Assembly (NCBI GenBank): GCA_028534125.1
Contig: CM052817.1
Location: forward strand, 18,478,001-18,542,000
Direction: 5' to 3'
From: Lama glama
Taxonomy: Eukaryota
Length of the DNA: 64,000 bases
Shown here: in pieces, positions 12,385 through 24,655 of the stretch
Position numbering within the stretch: position 1 is the first letter of the stretch
How the letters are laid out: each line of letters opens with the position of its first letter
Translations under genes and position numbers: made by a program
The notes under the pieces: generated by a model
What the model saw: the letters and a program-made list of their open reading frames with translations, nothing else
Database searches by the model: none
Told to the model about the DNA's origin: nothing

Positions 12385-12550
12385 TTTTTATCAGTCACAT
12401 GACATCAAATTCTCCCAAGAACCTTGAAAGGCAGACATGAGGAAGTCCATTTTGCAGGCGAAGAAACGAGCAGCACGGAATAGACATGATCTGCTAAAGT
12501 CCCTCGAGCTAGGACCTGGTCAGGCTGGAGCTGGAGGCCAGGTCTCTGCT
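12385..12550 (-). mobile_element. MIR fragment
   Basis: ccattttgcaggcgaagaaacgag...ccaggtctct. Confidence 0.55.
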
Positions 12551-13345
12551 GCCAGAGGTTGAACCCTATCTGCCAGATGCTTCCCTAGAGAGATCGAAGA
12601 AGGAGGAAGGGTTGTACCTTTGTTGTCTTTTTCTTTGGCCAAAGAAAGCAGCAGAATGCAGTGGTTTTCTCCTACCTCTCTCTGGAAAGCTCAGAGGAGT
12701 TGGGATCTTTGGTGCACTGGGCCGTCAACACCAGGAATGCTAGTGAGGTGTCCCGACCAAAGAGGAAGCAACTATGTCCACTCTGCCCTCATGCCACACA
12801 TACTAGCAGGAATGTGGATTGGAATGTTATGGCTATCAGCCAAAATTATTCATGCACGTTTACAACCCTGCTAGTAACTCACTAACAGTCCATTTGATTC
12901 AGTTGGTCAACCAAATTAGCCTGAGCCTGCTATCTGCCATATTGGCTTCTGCAGTTGTTATGGAGAAAAAAAAATCAGAAAAAAAAAAATTGGATACCTG
13001 GAAAGCATGCCAAAAAAACTGAGCATCGCCATTTTAACTTAGCACGAATACTGACATAAAGAATGCCCATTGTGTTAGCCCAATCTATTTTTCCTGTGGA
13101 ACTTCGAACTGTATCCTTAACTGACCATTTGTTAAGTCTTGTGGTATTGGACCTTATATCCCAAATCTTGAGATTGCTACAAAGCCTTAACTTATTATTA
13201 AAAAGGCCTGTCACTTACCTGGGGACATTTAGCTGGCGGCGAGAGGGAAAATCAAGGTGATCAAAAGACACATTTGGGGCTTAGAAAGAATTACTTGTTG
13301 GCAAAACTCTACTGTGTTCTAGATAATTATTGTGATTTCCAGTGG

Positions 13346-13392
13346 GGAGAGAGAGAAAGAGAAAGAGTTGAGAGAGAGAGAGAGAGAGGAGA
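13346..13392. repeat. GA-rich simple repeat
   Basis: Imperfect (GA)n run. Confidence 0.9.
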
Positions 13393-14259
13393 CTCTAGTT
13401 TCATCAATACATCTGAGACACTTGCGCATGTAAAAGCAGAGATAAGAAACTCAGTCTCTTGGTCCTTGGTCGGTAACTTATTGATTGCATGAGCTGTTCA
13501 CTAATGAGCCACCTTCAAAAAGGCCAGCACCAAAAAGTCCCTATCCTCAAATGTGCTGACATGTTTAAAATGGAATGTGTGTTTGCAAGAACACCCGTGT
13601 GTGAAACTGGGGATAAAACTCTTTGGCACCTTTGACTTATTTCTTGTCTCACAGTCGTATATTATTCATGTTGATAATTAATTGCAAGTTCTATTCACAT
13701 CACAAACTCAGAAGAGGCAGAGTTCAAAAGAATTCTGGAAGTTCATTGCCATGAGTGAGTGTTTTTCTAAGGAGAGAAGTTTGTTAACTCAGTTTTTCTG
13801 ACTTGAGGTCTGCCTGAAAATGAGATGGGCAAGGGAGCCTCCAAATCTAAGAGCTTGGCAAGATCATGGTGCTAGAAATTATAAGAGACGCAACACCATC
13901 TTTTTGGGCCATGGATTGAAGAATTGGTGGTGTTATGACTGTAGTTGCTATGGCATAAAATAACGTCTTGATTCCTCCAGATTGTAAAAGTAAAGCTAAA
14001 ATGTATACAGAAATACACACATATTAATGAAGCACTCACCTAGCAGGGGAGTTTTGGAATCTGGATGTGACTCTCAAAGCACAGGAAGAGATGCCTTTCA
14101 TTAACCCAGCCATCCAGGGCTCTCCCAGTTTCTACAGGTGCCAGACCAGGAGTAGTGAGGTCTCCCAACTTGAATGTAGCCCAAGTGAAGTTTGGCATAA
14201 ATTACACTTTGACTTTCATTTCTAATTAATATCTCGTATAAAATCCACAGTATTGTACA

Positions 14260-14400
14260 GATATTAGTGTGCCAGGCACCGATCTGATCATTTTACATTT
14301 ATAAACTAATTTAGTCCTCACAATAGTGCCATGAGGGAAGTGTGATCTCTGCTTTATAGATGAGAAAACTGGATCACTGGATCACTGAAGACACTTATTT
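14260..14400 (-). mobile_element. MIR fragment
   Basis: tgtgccaggcac...aatttagtcctcacaatag...tttatagatgagaaaactg. Confidence 0.75.
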
Positions 14401-14552
14401 CCTACCCAAACCACAGTTCCGGCTCAACACTTCCTGGCATGCTCAGCCCATTTTTTACACTTACTCTGCAGTCCTCACTTTAGAACCTTATCCATCACTT
14501 AACCATCACTTTCCCTCAAGCAGCATGAATATTCCATCACTGTATTAGGTCT

Positions 14553-14698
14553 CTTTTGGTGGGGGGGTAATTAGGTAGGTTTGTTTCTTGTTTGTTTGTT
14601 TGTTTATTATTTATTCTTTTAATGGAGATACTGGGGATTGAACCCAGGACCTCATGCATGCTAAGCACACACTCTAGCACTGAGCTATACCCTCCCCT
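14553..14698 (-). mobile_element. Camelid tRNA-derived SINE (vic-1-like) with 13-bp TSD
   Basis: Minus strand ggggagggtatagctcagtg (A box)...gggttcaatcc (B box), AATAAA-rich tail, ctaattaccccc. TSD ctgtattaggtct at 14540-14552 and 14699-14711. Confidence 0.92.
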
Positions 14699-14699
14699 C

Positions 14700-14975
14700 T
14701 GTATTAGGTCTTTTTCTGATTTCAAGTGAAACAGACATAACCCAAACTACTTTAAGTAAAATGAGACCTTTTTCCTTCACTTCATAGAACTGCGATTGTG
14801 CGGAGCCAGGCCTAGCTTTAGACGTCCCTGTCTCTGGGTGTCCCAGAGATGCTGCCGAGATGCTGTCTCCGGCTCTGAGATCCACCTTCCTCTGTGTTGG
14901 CTTCATCGTCAGGCAGGCTGTGTTCCATAGGTGATGGATCATGTCTCATGTTCTCCCAGCGGAGCAATGCTACCA
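14700..14975 (-). mobile_element. Old MaLR LTR fragment (MLT1J/K-like)
   Basis: caagtgaaacaga...acccaaactactttaag and ttcctctgtgttggcttcat...caggcaggct. Confidence 0.6.
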
Positions 14976-15149
14976 GAACAAATTAATACCATCTTAATAG
15001 TTCCTTCCCCCTACAATGTCAACTGAAATGGGGATAGGAACCTGATACTAGAAGCCTTGCTGAGGTTCTTGTATTCTGAAAGTCCACTTTCAGAATAATA
15101 ACCTATTTAACTTCAACCCATTTACTTGCTGCTAATGAAATTAAGACAG

Positions 15150-15330
15150 GCAGAACAGGCTGGTAGAGTGGGAAAAAAAAAATCTGGATTTGGGTGTAAG
15201 CACAATTTCAAGTCTAATTTCTTTGATCTGTGACTTTGGAGAAGTCTCGCTGTATAAGTAGAGTCATAATAGATGGATCAGATTAAATGATCCCCCACAT
15301 CCTTTCCAACTCTTAAGGTCCATGACTCTG
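15150..15330 (+). mobile_element. MIR3-like fragment
   Basis: tgtgactttggagaagtc...ggatcagatt...tcctttccaactct...ccatgactct. Confidence 0.5.
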
Positions 15331-16556
15331 TAACAGATGACTTTCCTGGAGAACCATGGCTGTTTGATGAAAGCACTTCAAACTGTCCCCTAGACTTTTG
15401 GGTTCCCAATCTCCTATGAGATATAGAATCCTAAGCATTCTTTCCAGGTAAGAATAACAGAAGACTGCGGTGGGTTTCAGGATGGGCTAAAGTCAGGAGA
15501 TTTCTCTCTGAGATTGAGAGAAAGTATTTTGGCCAAGTCTGGGAGAAAGATAATGAAGAAAAAGTAGCAATAATTAATGGATGCATTAGGATCTCATTTT
15601 AATTTGTTGCCTTCATGAACTTTTGTTAAAAGTTGAGTCCTCCATTATCTGATCTATTCTGCTTATTGGATTAAAGCAGGGTGGGGAATCACCCTGGGTG
15701 GGGAGTCACCCTGCATGGGGCACAGACGTCAGGGGCCTTGATCATAATTGTATCCTGGAGATCTAAAACCTCTAGATTGGAGAAGTGAGGATAATCAAAG
15801 GCAGGCGGCCAGTCTGAAGCTGCAGGGATCAGCTGGAAAGCTTGGTGGAAAGTGAGCACCGAGGTTTGATGGAGATGGACCAAAAATGGGAAATAGGTGA
15901 CTGAGGGAGTGTTACAGCGTAAGGTGGGGGGGATGGAAAATGATCTTTAGGCAGTTTCAGGCCTAAATATTTTATTACTTTCCCAGTTGTTTCCATAAAC
16001 TAGATTCAGATAAACTCGCAAGTGAGAAATGCCAATTTGTGTGATTTACCAAGCAGAATTTAGCTACCAATGTAATTAGACTAGAATGCTGGCAAATCTC
16101 TTCTGGAAATGAGTTGAAAGTTAGAAGCCTGCCTGGTGAGCACAGCATTAGAACAAAGGGAGTTAGTGTTAGGAGATGAATGTTTGACGACTGTGGGCTG
16201 AGAGACCCAGGGTAGGTTCTCCACAAGAGGGACATGCAGGGCTTGGAGGGCTGGAGGCTGGGAGCCAGGGCCCCTCCCTTCTGCCAACACTAGGCTCTGC
16301 CTCTGTTTTCCTAAACTCCAAGGGACCTCTTCTCCGTCCTTGTCCTTGGCTCACTCATTCTTCAGATAACCTTTTATTACATAACATCCATTTTGATTTC
16401 CTTGCTTGTTGACACCAAATCATTGGATCTTTCAGGCACCTTTTGCATATTTTTACATCTCTTAGTGTTGACTTTCTAGTTTAAACTTTCTGGTTTAATT
16501 CTCAGAATTCAGGCTATACGTTGCTGTCATTCTTATCTTTTCCTGTTATTATTTTT

Positions 16557-17446
16557 TTTAACATTTTTTATTGATTTATAATCATTTTACAGTGTTGTGT
16601 CAAATTCCAGTGTTCAGCACAATTTTTCAGTCATTCATGGACGTATACACATTGTCACATTTTTTGCTCTGTGATTTATCATAACATTTTGTGTGTATTT
16701 CCCTGTGCTATACAGTGTAATCTTGTTTATCTATTCTACAATTTTGAAATCCCAGTCTATCCCTTCCCACCCTCTACCCCCCTGGTAACCACAAGTCTGT
16801 ATTCTCTGTCCATGAGTCTATTTCTGTCCTGTATTTATGCTTTGTTTTTGTTTGTTTTTGTTTTTGTTTTTTAGATTCCACATATGAGCGATCTNNNNNN
16901 NNNNNNNNNNNNNNNNNNNNNNNNNNNNNNNNNNNNNNNNNNNNNNNNNNNNNNNNNNNNNNNNNNNNNNNNNNNNNNNNNNNNNNNNNNNNNNNNNNNN
17001 NNNNNNNNNNNNNNNNNNNNNNNNNNNNNNNNNNNNNNNNNNNNNNNNNNNNNNNNNNNNNNNNNNNNNNNNNNNNNNNNNNNNNNNNNNNNNNNNNNNN
17101 NNNNNNNNNNNNNNNNNNNNNNNNNNNNNNNNNNNNNNNNNNNNNNNNNNNNNNNNNNNNNNNNNNNNNNNNNNNNNNNNNNNNNNNNNNNNNNNNNNNN
17201 NNNNNNNNNNNNNNNNNNNNNNNNNNNNNNNNNNNNNNNNNNNNNNNNNNNNNNNNNNNNNNNNNNNNNNNNNNNNNNNNNNNNNNNNNNNNNNNNNNNN
17301 NNNNNNNNNNNNNNNNNNNNNNNNNNNNNNNNNNNNNNNNNNNNNNNNNNNNNNNNNNNNNNNNNNNNNNNNNNNNNNNNNNNNNNNNNNNNNNGAGAGA
17401 GTGACTTACAAGCGTCCTTCTACTCCGCCATCTTGCCTCTCTCCCC
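16557..17446 (-). mobile_element. Apparently full-length young L1; interior hidden in assembly gap
   Basis: Minus strand starts GGGGAGAGAGGCAAGATGGCGGAG (YY1-type L1 5' end). ORF2 C-terminus RSLICGI* at 16894-16871, then 3'UTR with AATAAA. TSD tcctgttattattttt at 16541-16556 and 17447-17462. Confidence 0.9.
16895..17394. other. Assembly gap (500 N)
   Basis: Run of N. Confidence 1.
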
Positions 17447-17964
17447 TCCTGTTATTATTTTTAAAGGGATTCTGATCAACACTTTTCTCCTAGAATTCAT
17501 GATGGGTTCATAGAAAGAAAAATAAAATTAACCTATGTGTGTTTTGGAACTGTCCCTCTCTGCTGTCACTTTGCTAAAGAGAATTTGATGCCCTGCGTTT
17601 ACCCTCTGCTCTTTGAAATGGGTGCTACTGTTGCTAGATTGGTTCCTCAGGTTGCTATGGTGTTAAAAAATCACCTTTGGACTCATGATATTCTTGTTAG
17701 ATTTTGCTTCTTGATTGGTAAAATGAGAACTTGGAGATGAGAGCTCTGAGAGGTTTTTTCCTTCCAGTCTCAATGTATAACCTTCTGTGGCTCTTCTCCT
17801 TGGGCTGGTTCCAGACATCACGAGGATTTGGACTTTATGACAGAAAGTTTTACAATGATATTTTAACGGGTCATTTAAAAAACGAGGAAGAATCATTCTC
17901 ATAATCAGTTACCAAATGCTTTTTAAGAAAAAAGTCTGGAGCCGAAACTACACAGCAAAAGATG

Positions 17965-17995
17965 AGTGTGTGTGTATGTGTGTGTGTGTGTGTGG
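17965..17995. repeat. (TG)n microsatellite, imperfect
   Basis: gtgtgtgtgtatgtgtgtgtg run. Confidence 0.9.
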
Positions 17996-20019
17996 TGGTG
18001 GGGGTGGGGTACAAGACACACCATTAACTGAGAGTTCATGGGAGTTATTTTCTTTTTTTCCAGCTAGGCACATTTAGTCCTTCTCTTCCGATATTCAGTC
18101 TGGTAAGTGGAATGATGGCAGTGATTTACTGAAGTGAATTGGTTCATTTCCAGAGACCTCCCCCCAAAGGATAACACTAAAGTAACGTGAAAGGAATTGT
18201 TTCAACTGTTAATTAAAACAAAACAAAATAAACAAACAAAAAAAACCTTATGTACATGGGAAGATTTACTGATGTTAGTATTTCTTTTCTGTGGAAGGAT
18301 AAGAATCTTTATAGATTGTGCATTCAGAAAATTAACAAGAGTTACAAGAACACATTGCAATCCTACGGTAACAGATATAACCACGAAGACATTATAATAG
18401 CATTATTTTAAAATGATGCTGGAAGGATATTAGGTTAATTCCATAATGGCTGTAGCATCCTTTGCCCAGAAGAGGAAATGCCAGCTCCAAAAATTACTGC
18501 TGCTGATTATGACATGGAAGTAGCTTATTAAAACTGTCAAATGACAAGAAAGCTATACATTAATGGATGGTATGAAAAGCAAACCTTGACAGCCATGCAA
18601 AAAAGTATATTTGTTCAAGACGCACACAACTTCTTTCCTGTGTTTATAAGAAGTAGAACTCAGTGGCAAATCCAAGAGCTGCCAAGGCAGTCCATGTTTA
18701 ACGGAGGACCAGGCAAGCTCAGCCTGCTTGTGGCCAGTTTGTTTCTCCACGATGCCCCCCCCCCCCCGTGGCTGGGAAGCAAACCCCAAGGTTTCCTCTC
18801 CCTGCCCTTCAGTCCCGTTTACAGGACTGGACCAGCAGTCTTCTTCTGGTGTTGAGAACCTGTGAGGCTCGCTTGATGTTTCTAGAGCCCTGTGACACCT
18901 TCGGGTGCAAGTCAGCATCACTGATAGTATTCTCACTTCCGATGTGCACCTTGAATGGTCCTAAAACTCAGGATGCTTTGCAGAGTTGTGTGTTGACAGG
19001 AAGCCCTTTTCTGATGGGTTAGCAAGTGAAATACAAAGTGGTTTGGGTGACCGCAGTGAGATGTAGTGCCAATGTATTCATTCTCCTGACAGACGCCAGG
19101 ATGAGAGAGGATACATTTGGATGTTATTCTGTGTGTGCAGCTCTTAGATTGCCTTTTAGAGGAAATCAGCAACTTGCCTTTAGGTAGATATTTTGGAAGT
19201 TTACTATTGTTGCTTAAAGTTTTTTGGTTGTAAGTGAGCACAGCGCTTAATGAAATTCACCTCATATCTCATTAGTTCATTTAACGGTGGGGAATTTACA
19301 TTCCACAGAGACCTATTAAGGGCAGTAATTTTATTAAAATCCTAATTATTATTTTAAGGCATATAAATTAATATTCTTATTTGTGAAGTGTTCCCTCTCC
19401 ATGCTTTGGATGCTGCATTGAGAATTAAAATATAATAAAGATGATTAATAATGTATAAACATAAAATTAAAATATCATAAAATACGCAATTAAAAAACAC
19501 TAAAAATTCTAGCTGAGCGGAATCACTAGAAAAGGCTAATCATGACTGGAAGAGAAGTGCTTCTGGAAGATGATGTTGCTAAGCATTATTTAACCATGGA
19601 GAATTTTTTTAAAAAATGCTTGATTCATGACTTATCAGGGATAATGATGTGAATCTTGTTAGATCCTTGATGTTCAAAGTGAGAAAACCAAAGGGACGTG
19701 GGTCATGTCCTGATACATAATTTGACCTTCTAGTTGCTTCTGTGTCATAAAAAGCCCATCTCAAACCTGAAGGAATGTGACCAGGTGTGTTGTCAAGCAT
19801 GTACCATGGATAATAATCAGTTTCAATATTATTTTATTAAATTTAATACTGTTTATGTGAGTATTGACATGCATGCATTATTCAAAACAGCTCTCTCAAA
19901 GCCAGACTAGATAACCTCTAAAGTCCTTTCCTGCTTCAGAATTCTACCCCGAGCTGTGGTGTAAGTGAACAGCATTGAACAAAGATTGAAGGCATCTGGG
20001 TCTGATGGTTTTGCCCTCC

Positions 20020-20130
20020 AGGACCTCAGTTTCCTTATCTGTAAAATGGGGAGTGTAACCTCTTCTTCATTGGATTGTTGAGAGGAGTAAATACAAAATG
20101 TATGTGAAGACACTTTTTTAAAGGTGCAAA
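20020..20130 (+). mobile_element. MIR fragment
   Basis: cctcagtttccttatctgtaaaatggggag...ggattgttgagaggagtaaat. Confidence 0.85.
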
Positions 20131-21099
20131 TTCCTAGAAATAACACAAATACTTTTGCTTTTGCCCATAGGACACTCGGATCCAGATCTGATGTTTTTGT
20201 CCCGTAGCTTTGGATGATCTTTTGGGAGAGCAAGTTGATTCCATCTCCTTTCCTGATTTCTGGTTTTCTGTTTTCTAAAAAAAAAAAAAAAAAAAAAAAG
20301 ATTTCACACAAAATATATTTTTTTTCCTTTCTTGACAATCTCACATCTTTTCTGAAAAGAAACAGGTTGGAAATAAATAAAAAGTTAAAATGCTGTTTTC
20401 ATTGTTTTATGAAAAGGACTTGAGCCATGGAATACTTAATTAGGATAATAACATATCATGATAGGGAATTTTAAATCTATTAGAAGTTGATTCCTTTGTG
20501 TCTTTAAAAGTGCTTTGATTTTCAAGATGCTGCTGGTAAAATACCCTGGAATTAAAAAACTTTTTAAAATTCTTGCCTGTGCCTTTTATGGGTCAGAGGG
20601 AGGAGTTTTGCTTTCTAACTGAACAGGCAGCTAAGAGTGAGGCTGTGAGGTTGGTGAAAATCACAACCGCTGTGCCAGGTGTTACCGCAAGTGTGGTGTG
20701 TAACTTGTCCCCATCATTAATACAATACTGACTCGTTGGCATTGGTCACCCTTTTGTGCACATATGGAGACAGGAGCACAGGGAGGTAAACTCGGTTTAC
20801 ATGGATGTAAGATTATAAGGCTGGTCGGCCCTGAAGCTGGGAGCCAGAGTAGACATGACAGAGGATGGCTTTCCACCAAGAAGGCACTGGTGGTGGACAG
20901 GCGCTGGCCAAACCTCCACCACAAGCTTGCCTGGGAGATCTGTGTCCTTCTTGCCTGATGGAGAAGGGGAGACCCTGAGGATGGACACACGTATGTTTTC
21001 ACTAGATTGTGTTTTAAGGGGTGTTAGGTGGTATGGGTACGCCTCCTCCACGATGGTGAGATTTGCTGCTTTGTTCAAGAGATGGAATAAAATAGCTTA

Positions 21100-21260
21100 T
21101 TAGTCCTTTAACCACTGTCTCTACTCTTACTACATACAGTGAGAACACAGGATTTTTACATCAGTTTTGTCATCTGGGAAATAGAAATAACAGTACCCAT
21201 TATCTACTTAAGAGGATTAAATTTGGCAGTTTATAACCTAATGCCTGTCAAAATCAAAGG
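21100..21260 (+). mobile_element. MIR fragment
   Basis: tcagttttgtcatctgggaaatagaaataacagtacc...gaggattaaat. Confidence 0.65.
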
Positions 21261-21386
21261 TTTGATAATGCTAGCTGTTGCTGGTATAATTTTCTCAACT
21301 GCTGGGAACAACCAGAATGCACATAACTGGGGTTTTCCAAGACTGAACTTGCCCTAGGTCATGAACCTTCCATGGCCTCTTATGAC

Positions 21387-21710
21387 ATATATGGACTGAA
21401 TGCTTATGCCTCTCGGAATCCTAACCCCCAATGTGATGGTGTTAAGAGGTGGGGCCTTTGGGAGGTAATTGGGTCACGAGGGTGGAGCCCTTACAAGTGA
21501 GATTAGTGCCCTTATAAGAAGAGACACTGGGGCTTGCTTGCTCATGGACTGCCTTCTACAAGCCAGGAAGTGGGCCTTTACCAGACTCTGGCTCTGTTGG
21601 CACCTTTGATCTTGGACTTCCAGCCTCCAGAACGGGAAAGTCAGTGTTCATTATTTATAAGTTACTCAGTCTATGGAATGCTGTTACAGCAGCCTGAACA
21701 GACTAAGGCA
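21387..21710 (+). mobile_element. MLT1A-type solo LTR
   Basis: tatggactgaatg...ctaacccccaatgtgatggtg...ggggcctttgggaggtaatt...ttgatcttggacttccagcctccagaac...gactaaggca. Confidence 0.9.
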
Positions 21711-23749
21711 GGCAGAAACCATAATCCCGAAGTTCGACTGGTTTAAAGCTTAGTGTCCTTGGGATCGATGTTCAGGGAGATTCCTTTTCTCCTCCCCAGG
21801 ATGGCATCTGGGTTAATGGGAAGGAGCTCTACCTGTGTGGTTCCTTTCCTGCTACTATTTTTCACATCATCACTGGTTTGGTCCCCACTGTGGGAGCCGT
21901 TCAAGGATGGTGGCAGCAAGATCTGGGATCTGGTGGGGAAACTGGGAGGCAACCACCATCTCCATCTGGGCTGGCTTATTGTTGAGATTCACAGCTGGCC
22001 GGTGGTCTTGGATTATGTGGTGCACACACACACCCTCATCCCCACCCATGCTCCATGAGCATTCAGCCTTACTTCTGCCTCCTGGGGCGAGGGGCTGTCA
22101 CTTCCCACTTGGGGCTCTGCCAGCCCAAGGGCCCACCTTCTGGTGGGCAGTGTGTTGACATGATGTCCATCAGCCTCGGTGCCTCTCCACTCAGTGGCCT
22201 TGAATCACACCGAGTGCCCTTCCGTACTTCCAGAGCACAAGGAGTGGGGCGGGGGTCCCTTTTGACAAGGAACACCTCCGTCTGGCTCCCTCACACCCCA
22301 CTGAGTGGGATTCATTTGTCAGCCTCCTGTTTTCAGCCATCTTCTAAGGAAATGGGAATTCAGTCTTCTTATGATGAAATCTTCTCACAGCTCAGGGGAG
22401 ATTCTCTTGCCCACCCCCCAACTCTAGGAATCACATGGTAATACGGCTTATAATCCTCTTCTCCCTCTGTCGGCTCTACTCTGCTCTTCCCCAGACTCAC
22501 CCCTGCATTTTTTCCAGGACTGGTGGCAGAAATGAGGAACCCTGGACCATTTCTACATTCAAGGTCACAGTGTCTCTGTCTGAACCACATTGTCCCCCTG
22601 AAGGGGCATGTCTGGCACCTGAGAGTGGTGGTTCTTTAAATATCAACACGGAAGAGTGGAATCTTTTTCTCATTTATCTTAGCCTGCTTCCATTCAGTGG
22701 ATGTTTGCCACACGCCAAGCCTTGAGCTCTGTGCCTCCTGGGTAGCATTGCCTTAAATCCTGAGGGCTCCCCCTGAGAAGGAGTCTACTGCTTTTACAGA
22801 AATGGGGATGAGGCTCAGAAGGGTGAAGTTAGAGGGTCAGGCCAGCAGGTGGTGGGCTTGGGGCTCCTCCTGAGGAATTTAGCTCCAGTAGCTCAATGAA
22901 TAATTGGGAGGCTGAATGTTTCATGCTGGAAAGCACTAGACTGTATGTGTTCCCGGCTCTCTCTCTACATGTCTCTCTTTGTCACTCTGTCTCTTTCTCT
23001 CTCTCACTTTAATGAGGAAGATTCTGCCCTATAGCCACAATGAATTGATGCTTCACTGTTGCTTCCCATCTCATGTCTTACCGTGTTGTTCTTTCCTCCT
23101 GGGTTCTCTCTATCTGGAAAGCGCAACTCACTTTCCAGTGCTCATGTGTGAAATGTTGCCTTCTCTATCACATCACCCCCATTCCCTCCTTGGAGAAAGA
23201 ACTGCTCACTCATTTTGTGCCTGCGTGAGGCATTGTGTGTGTGTAACCTATTGTAGAACTTGGGCTGTGGTTGCCAGATCTCTCCTCTTCTGACGATCTT
23301 CCCCTCCGGTTAGAACCAGTCTGAAACGTACATGTATTTTTCAGTCAACACGTGCATTTTATGTTGCTTTCTCCCATCCCCTCTTCTTTCTCAATGCCGT
23401 TTGCCGTTTTCCCATTTTAGAATTAGGAAATATGATCCATGCTTACCTTTGAATCTTGCCTGGTGTGTGAACTCAGAAGTGCACACATCAGTGGAATATT
23501 TGTCATCTCCTTAGTCCCAAGTACTTGACAATTTGTCTTGTGCATAATAAGCTATTGAATAAATGAATGCGCACATAAATAAATGATGGACCAAAAAGAA
23601 CACGATTATGATAAGTGAAATGCATTTAACTTACGGCTTCATAGTGTATCGGGCACTTGCTTGGAAGTTTTCTTCCAAAACTCTGTGACTTGGAATTTTT
23701 ATTTCAGGGAATCCGACACATTTTTACTAAATATTTGACTCCCCTCCTG

Positions 23750-23860
23750 CAATTGCCACTTCCTAGCTATGTGACTGTATGTCAGTCAGTTGAACCTTGG
23801 TTTCCTTATCTGGAAATATAGGATAATAATAGTTATCTACTTCGGAGATTTAGGAAGATT
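23750..23860 (+). mobile_element. MIR fragment
   Basis: gccacttcctagctatgtgact...ccttggtttccttatctggaaatataggataataatag. Confidence 0.75.
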
Positions 23861-23989
23861 TTATAAACTATGTACTTCGCCTTTGTAAGATGGTTCTTTG
23901 GGGATTGCTATAATCTTCACATGTCACAGAGCTAACCCAGGTCGCTAATTAACCACTGATGCTCTCACTCTGGAGTATTTACGGTTGCT

Positions 23990-24655
23990 GACACCACAGT
24001 TCCCTCTTCTTCTCCTCTCTAGCATAACGCTTTTTAGGCATTCACGCCTCCCCATGCAGCCATGGGCTTTAGCCTACGCTGATCACAACTCCTATAAGAG
24101 CAGAAGGAGATTTCCGTTTGCTTTGTGAGTAACGTGTTAGGAAAAAATGTGGCGTCCAATCAATGGGATGTGAGGGCGAAAGGACTCAGCTTCTTGGAAA
24201 AGTTTCACTGCTGGCAAAGGCGAACTACAGTCTCTGACTCTAAGAATTATGTTTGCTGAGGTTCAGGGAGAAAACTGCAGTCAGGGGACTACCAGGCTCA
24301 TTAATGGTAATAAAGAGGATGTATTCTTCAAAAATAAATGAACAGCGCATTCATAAATAACATAGAGAGAGAGCCTCGGGGAGGGTTTGTCTCTCCGCTT
24401 CTCGTGGGCGTTACTGTCTGGAGCTGACACCTGCCTCAGTCATCATGCTCCCGTTCAGAGGTCATGTTGATGCTGAAGATTCTGCAAGGCCAAGGGTTGG
24501 AGGGAACATGGACCCATGATGACGTTTTGAGTCTCTGAATCGCCCAACCCAGGAGCCTACGTACCCTGGACTCCTGGTTATGCCAGAAGATGTATTATCG
24601 GATGTTTCAAGCCCTCGAGTTCATATTTGTGTTGCCTACAGCCATCAGCTTCCAG
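23990..24655 (+). mobile_element. ERVL-class LTR (LTR33-like), diverged
   Basis: caatgggatgtgagggcgaa...cttcttggaaaagttt and ccatgatgacgttttgag...ctggactcctggttatg...tttcaagcc recall LTR33-group motifs. Confidence 0.5.

Noticed and set aside
16884..17513. Longest ORF in the track (209 aa)
   Set aside because: Artefact of reading through the 500-N gap.
22838..22860. CTCF-like GGCCAGCAGGTGGTGGG
   Set aside because: Lies in a degenerate MIR and lacks the key C of the GGC core.
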